A DNA stretch of 42,997 bases from Craspedostauros australis (taxonomy: Eukaryota), in contig JALAGF010003946.1 of NCBI GenBank assembly GCA_030167865.1, forward strand, positions 1 through 42,997, written 5' to 3'. The notes under the pieces were generated by a model that ran no database searches, had not been told where the DNA came from, and worked only from the letters and a program-made list of their open reading frames with translations. Position 1 is the first letter of the stretch. Each line of letters begins with the position of its first letter. A program made the position numbers and the translations under genes. Of this stretch, positions 35,368-42,997 are shown one piece after another.

Positions 35368-37906
35368 ATGACAAGCAGATCAAGCGCCGCAGACGAAGAG
35401 CAATGGTCCACTGTGATCCCCAACACAGGAACATCGTCGCGCGGAGAGATCCGACGATGCAGCGATCCTCTCTGCAGCCCTCAGATCGGCCATCACGGAT
35501 CCCTCACGATGTACGAGGCCTTCCGTCATGGCCAGGCGATCAACCCTTTGGGCCCTTGCTTGGGATTCCGCGCCGTCAGCACCAACGGCATGGCAACGCC
35601 CTTCATCTACTCCACCTACACGGAAGTTCTGGCCAGGGTCAACAACTTCGCGGCAGGCCTCGATACCCTCAATTTGGTTGCGCCGACTGAGGATGGTATG
35701 ACGTTGGTGAGTGGAACCGCTCAGTGATAGACAGTGCCGAGCGATGCTGGAGTATGGACTCCATGGGAGTCGTGCACTATAGCCTATTATATTATGTTAA
35801 ATAATATTTGTTTGCTGGCTTGCTCATCCTTTCACATTTCATGTTCTCATTTGTTCGATCAATGACAACAATGATACTGGATCCGAATCTAACCCCTTAC
35901 TATTGGTATTATATTAAACACCCCCATGATATTACACAACAGATCGGATTGTACATGAAGAACTGCATGGAATGGTTCATGGCGGAGCAGGCCATCTTCT
36001 GCATGGCAGGAGCGACTGTGCCCTTCTACGACACCCTCGGAGCGGACTCCGTCAACTTCATTCTCGATCAGACCGAAACACGCACGGTCATTTGCACACG
36101 GGATGAATTGAAGTGCCTTTGCGAGGTCAAAGCAACGGGCAAGGTCCCGAATTTTAAAACCGCCATTGTGATCAACGGCGTCACGCCGGAGGCTGCGAAC
36201 ATGGCCAAGGCGGCCGGCCTGGACGTTCTCAGCTTTGCCAAGGTGGAGATGATCGGTGCGGAGCGCATCGCCACGCGCGGACATCAGCACACGCCACCCA
36301 GCGCGAAGGATGTCTTCACCTTCTGCTACACCTCCGGCACCACCGGCAACCCCAAGGGCGCGCTGCTCACGCACGAGAACATGGTCAGTTCCGTTGCCAG
36401 CTCCTACCAATTCTTGCCGGGTGACATGAACGACCGCCATCTCTCTTACCTGCCATTAGCTCACATCTTCGAGCGCCTCATCCAAGCACAGGTGTACAGC
36501 GCCGGTGGCGCCATCGCCTTCTACCGTGGCGACCCCTTGTTCCTCATCGAGGATCTTCAGGCTTGCCGACCGACCATCTTCCCAGCCGCTCCACGTGTCT
36601 TGAACAAGATCCACGACAAAATCCAGGCGGGCATCAGCGCAGCGGGCGGCTTCAAGAAGCGGCTCTTCGATTCGGCCCTCGGCACCAAGACTGAGAATTT
36701 GGAACAGCATGGCATCCTCACGCACGGTTTGTACGACCGTCTCATCTTCAGCAAGATCAAGAAAGGGTTGGGCATGGATCGCTTGCGTTGCATGGTCAGC
36801 GGGTCGGCGCCTCTTTCCCCCAAGGTCATGACGTTCTACCGCTGCATGCTGGGCGTGCCGGTCATCGAGGGGTACGGTCAGACCGAGGGTTGCGCCGTGG
36901 CATGTGTCAGCGGTGCGAATGACATGGCGACTTCAGGCCATGTCGGTGGTCCCATTGCTGCCGTCGAAGTCGTGCTGGTCGATGTGCCGGAGATGGGATA
37001 CTTACACACCGATACAGCCCACAAGGGGCAGCCCTGTCAGGGGCGTGGCGAGATCTGGGTGCGCGGTCCAACCGTCTTCAAAGGGTACTTCAAGGATCTG
37101 GAAAAGACGCAGGAAACGATCAACGAAGATGGCTGGCTCCTCACAGGCGACATTGGTCTGTGGACGACGCAAGGACAATTGCAGATCATCGACCGAAAGA
37201 AGAACATCTTCAAGCTGTCTCAGGGTGGTGAGTTGAGCTTTTGGTTTGTGCCATGGTGTAGGAACTTGCATCGTGTCGAAATCTGTCAATTATTGGGTTG
37301 GGTTGGGTTGGGCAAGTTGAGCCAACACGCTAGAATTTTGACGGAGCGTGGATGATGTGTGAACAGCGTGGAACTCACCAACGAATCAAACTTGTCCCTT
37401 GTTTTTGCTACTGCCATCGGCCGGTCTGATGGTGCCGCAACCCGTCCATTCACATCATGCGTACACCCGCCTTCGCAGAGTACGTGGCACCCGAGAAGAT
37501 CGAGAACTGTGTAATCCAGTCGCTGTACGTCGGCCAAGCCTTTGTGTATGGCGATTCCTTCCAAAACCGTGTTGTCGCCATCATCGTGCCAGATGAGGAC
37601 TTTGTCCGAACGGCGCTCACCAACGACGGGCAGGAGGCCCTCGCCAAGGCATCCTTCGCCGACGTGTGTCAGAACCCGCAGTTCCAAAAGACCATGATGG
37701 CCGAGGTCCAAAAGGCATGCAAGGACAACAAGCTGTACGGATTTGAAATTCCAAAGGCGATTCATGTGTCGGCGGAACCATTCTCCGTCGAAAATGGCTT
37801 GCTCACGCCGACGTTCAAATTGAAACGGCAGCAGGCACGCGACATGTTCAGCAAGGAGATTGAGAAGATGTATGCTACCATGTCACCGCCTCCAAGCAAA
37901 TTGTAA
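35368..37906 (+). CDS. Long-chain acyl-CoA synthetase with peroxisomal PTS1 (-SKL); exons 35368-35706, 35943-37227, 37479-37906 (683 aa)
   Basis: AMP-binding motif YTSGTTGNPKG, SYLPLAHIFER, SGSAPL, EGYGQTE, GWLLTGDIG, IIDRKKNIFKLSQG|EYVAPEKIE (completed by the phase-1 intron 37228-37478), LLTPTFKLKR. Ends PPPSKL*. Intron 1 is 35707-35942. Confidence 0.93.
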
Positions 37907-38127
37907 ATGCTCCTGGATGCGAGCAATGTGATGACAGCAACAACCACAACGACACATAGATGAATGAACTTAGCGAACGTGAACAGCACACCACCGTACT
38001 CGTATGTGTGAGTGTGAGTGTTAACAAGAGCGTCTCCTCGTACATCGCTGTTTGAATTTTAGATACTCTAAAGTAGAGTAGGCCAAAGCGGTTGTGCATT
38101 GTGTGCTCTGTGGACTCAAGCTTCCCT

Positions 38128-39648
38128 TCACTGCTTCGCCACATTCCGTCGACTCCGTAACCGCCGCAAGGCTGTGCTGCTCATTCCATGCGGTTCCGTG
38201 CGCCTCGTGCAGAGCAAGGTGAGAGGTTCCATGCCCAGCACGTTCGTGCGATGCTGATTGAGGATGTATCCATTCTCGAGCGTCTCATGGCTCAGCACCA
38301 AGGCATCAAAACTGGCACCTTCCTTCTCGTTGCCGGCCGGACCGAAGGCGTCCGATATGGGCACGAATTGGATGCGATTCTTCATCCCGGGCGCAAAGCG
38401 GTAGACGAACTCCTGCGCGCCCTTCCTGCGTTCCTCATACTCCGGTATTTGGTCGGCGTATGCTTTGTGCGTCAGCATTGCGTCGACGGTGACGCCGATC
38501 ATGAGCTTGCCCGTCATGGGGTTGACCGAAGATATGGCCAGCGTGAGCAATTTTCGATGTCCGTAATGCATGCCGTCGAAGGTTCCGCCGACGGCGACGT
38601 GATCGAACAGCACTTCCTGCGTTATGCGCGGTCCGCCCAGCATGGAGAAGGAGTCGCCGTCAAAGTCCGCGTCGTCGGCGGGGTCGTCGAATGCAGAAGA
38701 GGACATGATGCATGGTTCCAAGTTATCATCGTCGAGGAAGATGATGTGGTCATCTCTCATTTCATCCGACGGTGAGGTGGTGGCGCCGATGGGCCACGGA
38801 TCGACGTGCAGAGCGTGCACCGGGTGCAGATCCCTGGATTGACGGTCGGCATTGATGGCGGTGACGTGCGCATCCAATCCACCTTGACCACGTCCTTGCA
38901 AGGATTGGTACTGCACGCCACGACCCTGCGCGTTCGTGGAGATCCATCCCATGAGAGAGTCATGGCTGCAGACGCAATCCAGATCGGCCTGATGGTGTAT
39001 CCATGACTCCGGTGCCGAGTTTGGCAGGTTCTGCGCGTAGACGACCACGTCGAAGATGTCGTCGGGATTGCCCATGCCCAGGGCGACGTCCCACAGGCAG
39101 GAGTAGACCTCGCCGACGTACCGGCGCAGGCTGGCGAGTGTGGGCGTGAAATCATCCTCGCACCGCAGCATGATGCTGAGCTTGCTGATGGTGCGTTCGG
39201 CGGCCGTGTCGAGGATGGCCTCGTTCGCTATCCGATCCATGGATGTCGTGGGCAGCGTGAGGACAGCCAGCGTGTGGTGGAACTTGGACGGCATCGCTTT
39301 TTGCGCCGTCTTTGTTGCTGCCGTTGATGGTGCTTCACCGGCATCATTTGGTTCCACCGAAGAAGCAAAGCATCGTGTGGTGGAGCTCCTTGCGTGACGA
39401 TCATCGTGACATCTGGAAAGGCCGGTCAAATGCGCGAACGGAGACGAAGCCGAAGCCAAAGAGGAGGAGGCACACTTGGACCTGGTGGATGCTGAGAAGG
39501 CCAACGATGTAAGTCTGCTGTGAGCGCAACACTGATGGCGCGTCGCATGGCTTGGAAATGCCGTCGCCAGCTTGGATGTCGTCAAAGACAGGAGGATTGC
39601 CCGGGAGAGAGTTGCCATGATTAGGCTTTTCATTGATGTGAATGCCAT
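38128..39648 (-). CDS. Phosphopantetheine adenylyltransferase (eukaryotic PPAT/Cab4/CoaD type, cytidylyltransferase fold) with N-terminal targeting sequence
   Basis: C-terminal domain VAVGGTFDGMHYGHRKLL (HxGH), IGVT..ML..K, ISDAFGP, ALVLSHET, N..R...GMEPL, MSSTALR. No dephospho-CoA kinase domain. N-terminus has ATA|FPS. Confidence 0.88.
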   Translation of the reverse strand: MAFTSMKSLIMATLSRAILLSLTTSKLATAFPSHATRHQCCAHSRLTSLAFSASTRSKCASSSLASASSPFAHLTGLSRCHDDRHARSSTTRCFASSVEPNDAGEAPSTAATKTAQKAMPSKFHHTLAVLTLPTTSMDRIANEAILDTAAERTISKLSIMLRCEDDFTPTLASLRRYVGEVYSCLWDVALGMGNPDDIFDVVVYAQNLPNSAPESWIHHQADLDCVCSHDSLMGWISTNAQGRGVQYQSLQGRGQGGLDAHVTAINADRQSRDLHPVHALHVDPWPIGATTSPSDEMRDDHIIFLDDDNLEPCIMSSSAFDDPADDADFDGDSFSMLGGPRITQEVLFDHVAVGGTFDGMHYGHRKLLTLAISSVNPMTGKLMIGVTVDAMLTHKAYADQIPEYEERRKGAQEFVYRFAPGMKNRIQFVPISDAFGPAGNEKEGASFDALVLSHETLENGYILNQHRTNVLGMEPLTLLCTRRTEPHGMSSTALRRLRSRRNVAKQ

Positions 39649-40739
39649 CGCTCTCCTTTTTACAGTTCGCAGTTGTGAATGGATTGGATCGTATCGTACT
39701 CAAGAGCAGTGTACGAGTTGCTGCTGCCGGTATCCTTGGATGGAAGACGACGTGTTCCCAATTGCTTGTTGCGTGCTCCTCTCTTTACTCGCACTCGTAC
39801 TCCGTATCCTGCGTGGCTGGCCTGCTTAGCTCGCAGCTCGCAGAGTGAATGGCGGTGCGAAGAGCGTGCGCAGCAAGTGCCCGTGTTCTCAACACCCCTT
39901 CCGCGACAAGGAAGAGGAAGCTCGAATGTTCAAGTTGCCAAAGCGAAGGCTGCGAATGATGGCGATGCTGATGACGGCGATGGCGGAAGTCGGCTGTTTG
40001 CCTCTCTTGATCAGAACTGTCTTTGATACGTACGTCTACTGGTAGATCGTACTCCTATTAGAGCCCTCACAAGCAAAACCGTTGACAACTCAGGTGACGC
40101 GACTTGTTACCGATCCTCCTCACACGCGTACGGGTAGGCCGCACAGAGTGGATGTTGGCAACAACGCTTTGGAAGCTGTGTGCCTGATGCTGTTGGAACT
40201 GATTCGAGTGGCAGTTCAGAAGATACCAGCCAGACGTTGGCGCCACTTGTCCAATGATCAACACTGGAGGAGCGTGGCAACAGTGCCGATGCCTCCTCCA
40301 GCCTGTGCTCTCTGTTCGTTCTCTCCTGTTCGTCTGCCGACTCGGGCGACGATGGGACGAACAACCTCGCGTCGCAGAGGTCCTGCTTGACATCAAAGAT
40401 TCTCATCCACAACCACTTCTGCCACCACTCGGTCCAATGACAGACCGCACACTTGTGATGGTCCATTGATTCTTGCTTTCCCTCTCTAGCCTTCCATTCA
40501 TTCTCTCATTCATTCTGCAGCATCAACCAGTAGATTTGGTGCGATTCCATAGATGCAGAGCAGAGTAAATTTGAGGAATACAATATTATACAACATTTGC
40601 TAGTTCCTCATTATGATTCAAACTTGAGGAAATTCCAACAACACAATCAAAATCCGTTTCAGTCGATACTGTTTCTCGCTTTCTCCGTCCACCCATTCAT
40701 CGCACGGTCACCAACATTGCTCCTCTCCAGGATTATCTC

Positions 40740-41849
40740 TCAAACATCAAAATCGAATTGCAGTCTCGGCGGTTGCCCCGTCAACGATTCCACACTGTGA
40801 AAGGCAACGCCACCGCCCGTATCCTCCACGGCCCGAATCAGCAGCAGCATGTTCGTTGGATCGTCTTCCCCATCGATGATCGCCTCGGGTGCGAGCGGCG
40901 CGAATGTCAGATCCGTCACGTCAATATCAATCATATCATCCATTGTTGCCGTGAGCGTCACGTTGGGTCCGGCAATCCCTTTCGCTATGGCGTTCTCCAA
41001 CGGATACACGTCGTAGAACAGGTGGTCAATGTTGAGTCGCGTCGCCGGTTGCTTCATGACTTGGATGGTCACCGTCGACGAGGATGGCATCGCGATCGGA
41101 CTCAATTGCAGCGTCACCTTCATGGTGATCGGCGGCAAGATGTCGTCCAGGTCGCGCGGCAGCTCTTTCATTTCGAATTGCACCAACGTGAAGGTTGTTG
41201 CAACTGCACTGCCGGTGGATGATAACGCGACCTTCAATTGCTCCTTCGAACCGAAAGGGGTCTGCGCATTGCTTTGCAAGTACGTATCGCGCTGCGCCGA
41301 AATGTAGAACATGGGAGGCAGCGTGATCGTGGGCTGTTGCGACGTCGTCGGTGACATGGTTGGGTGTGTCGTGGTCTGTCGCGGCGTTGGCAACGGGCTT
41401 GGCTGTCGCGTCGGCATCGGCGTGGGAATTGGTTGCACGGTCAAGTATTTGATGGCCTCATAGGGAATGGGTTTCTCGATGAAGGGTGGGTAGGTGGCCG
41501 CCGGGACGGGTGCCGCGGTTGGGACATTCACATTGACGCTGCCTCTGAGACTTTCGTCGGTGTCATTGTCGCTGTCGCCAACATGCGTCATGATGATCGA
41601 CAGGATGACACCCATGAAGATGATAATGGCGTAGCAACATGCGATGCGTCCAACCACGGAAACCTGATGCGTCGTCGCATGCTTTCGGCGGCGGCCGGAA
41701 CTGCGCGAGCTGCTGCTTCTCCTCTCACTGCGACTGCTGTCGCCATCAGCGATGGCTCTTCTTGCAGCGTGCGATTCCGCGGTGTTGTCGGTGCTTGCGC
41801 TCAACCGACCGATCACAGTCATCTCATGTTCCGAGCTTTGGCCATTCAT
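40740..41849 (-). CDS. Type II membrane protein with Pro/Thr-rich stalk and C-terminal DNRLRE/CBM96-like beta-sandwich domain
   Basis: Basic cytosolic N-terminus, a single TM helix (IACCYAIIIFMGVILSIIM), PTPMPTRQPSPLPTP stalk, then SAQRDTYLQS..TPFGSKEQLKV...LVQF...VTLQL...IDIDVTDL...VAFHSVES..GQPPRLQF, which resembles the DNRLRE pattern. Confidence 0.7.
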   Translation of the reverse strand: MNGQSSEHEMTVIGRLSASTDNTAESHAARRAIADGDSSRSERRSSSSRSSGRRRKHATTHQVSVVGRIACCYAIIIFMGVILSIIMTHVGDSDNDTDESLRGSVNVNVPTAAPVPAATYPPFIEKPIPYEAIKYLTVQPIPTPMPTRQPSPLPTPRQTTTHPTMSPTTSQQPTITLPPMFYISAQRDTYLQSNAQTPFGSKEQLKVALSSTGSAVATTFTLVQFEMKELPRDLDDILPPITMKVTLQLSPIAMPSSSTVTIQVMKQPATRLNIDHLFYDVYPLENAIAKGIAGPNVTLTATMDDMIDIDVTDLTFAPLAPEAIIDGEDDPTNMLLLIRAVEDTGGGVAFHSVESLTGQPPRLQFDFDV

Positions 41850-41914
41850 CTTGCTTGTGCTTTGATGTGGATGAGTCTATTCTCCAAGTATTTCTGCGAG
41901 TGCTGTGGTGTATC

Positions 41915-41958
41915 AGAGTAGAGTAGAGTAGAGTAGAGTAGAGTAGAGTAGAGTAGAG
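41915..41958. repeat. (AGAGT)8+ pentanucleotide microsatellite
   Basis: Eight perfect AGAGT units plus a partial unit, about 65 bp upstream of the ATG at 41849. Confidence 0.95.
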
Positions 41959-42997
41959 AAGTGTAGAGCAGAGTCCTCCTTTCTCTCTCTGGAGAGAGTA
42001 TCTGCCAGTCGTATTGTCCGCTCGTGTTGCCTCACAAGTTTTCCTTTCTTTGATTTGATTGCGTTCTTCACAGTGTGGACCCTCGCGACGTCGATGATGG
42101 CAACAACGATGGTGTCGATGCTGAAGAGCTCTTCATCTGTTTCTCCTATCCGTCGTGTCATCAGCGTGCGATCTATGACTACGCTTCACTTGGTCACAAA
42201 ACGTTCACATCTGTTCGCGCGCTTTATCTCTCTCTTCTTCAATTTGGGAGAGCAGTTCGAAATCATGTGCGCGGACTGTACCGCGCACAAAACTTCCACC
42301 TCCAGACGCAGAACTTTGCTCCACAAGAGACGAAAACGTCTTCTTTTTGTTCCCAACACTGAACATCCCCAATCAATCAATCAATCAACCAATAGAGAGT
42401 TATCGCATTCAGCTCCCTCAGCTGATGTCAATTGTCACAGTTCGCATTGACTCTCGAGCAGAGAAACTGCACAGGACTGATTCGTGACATAATACTGCAT
42501 GGATTAACTCGAGCGCTTTTGAGTCTATCCTATTCCCAAGGTATCAAGTTTAGACAAGTTCGTTGCATTTCCGGTTTGGCAACATCCTATTTTGGTCATT
42601 CCTGTTCTGAGATTGTAGATGACGGCCAGGGAATAGAAATATATATTAATTCGTTGTGATGGGTGTGTCATCGTTGTTCTCTTGGATGTTGGTGTCCGAA
42701 ATTGAATGCATACAGTGTAGCGTTGCGACAAACATAGATCATTGACAACGACAAGAACGACCAAAACGGTCAAAATGAAGCAATATTATTGGCTACAAGT
42801 TTAGTTACGCGTGGAAGTGATAATTTTGCCAGGACTCCACGAGCTGAGATGATTTCAGTTCAGAGCGTCGGAACTGAGTTCTCATCAGTTCGCCGAGGGG
42901 GAAGTTCGCATCCCGCCCCTCGAAAAGTGTCTCTATCAGGTTATGACTCCCTCCTGGGACTGGTCGTGACTGGGTGAGCTGAGTGCGATAACTCTCT

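Noticed and set aside
40067..40469. Several 70-120-aa overlapping ORFs between PPAT and the DNRLRE-like gene
   Set aside because: No motifs, no clear codon bias and no splice signals linking them to neighbouring genes.
1..42997. Whole window as a co-functional adhesion/gliding gene cluster (secreted proteins, p24, AIP1)
   Set aside because: The genes are functionally heterogeneous and interspersed with housekeeping genes; adjacency alone in a eukaryotic genome is not evidence of a cluster.

Overview
Gene-dense eukaryotic nuclear DNA, very likely from a diatom. Evidence: short GT-AG introns, bipartite ASAF-type plastid-targeting presequences, a nuclear-encoded sigma-70 factor, a KRE6/SKN1-type GH16 transglycosylase and microsatellite-rich intergenic DNA. 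I reconstruct 15 protein-coding genes and 11 introns by hand. In order: a secreted Cys-rich protein truncated by the left edge (missed by the ORF track), an AhpC/TSA peroxiredoxin-like protein, a trypsin, an unknown mitochondrial-type membrane protein, a 951-aa EGF/Ig-like type I membrane protein, a p24/GOLD cargo receptor, a 3R-MYB, NO66/RIOX1, AIP1/WDR1, a sigma-70 factor, an EEF1AKMT4/METTL13-like methyltransferase with an in-frame TGA, a KRE6/SKN1 GH16 protein, a peroxisomal (SKL) long-chain acyl-CoA synthetase, a phosphopantetheine adenylyltransferase, and a type II membrane protein with a DNRLRE/CBM96-like domain. No rRNA, tRNA, CRISPR array or intact transposon was found. Most notable: the in-frame TGA in the methyltransferase, a sigma factor with altered -10 and -35 reading residues, the calcium-binding EGF plus bacterial-type Ig surface protein, and the uncharacterised membrane protein. 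All family calls come from motif recognition, not database searches.
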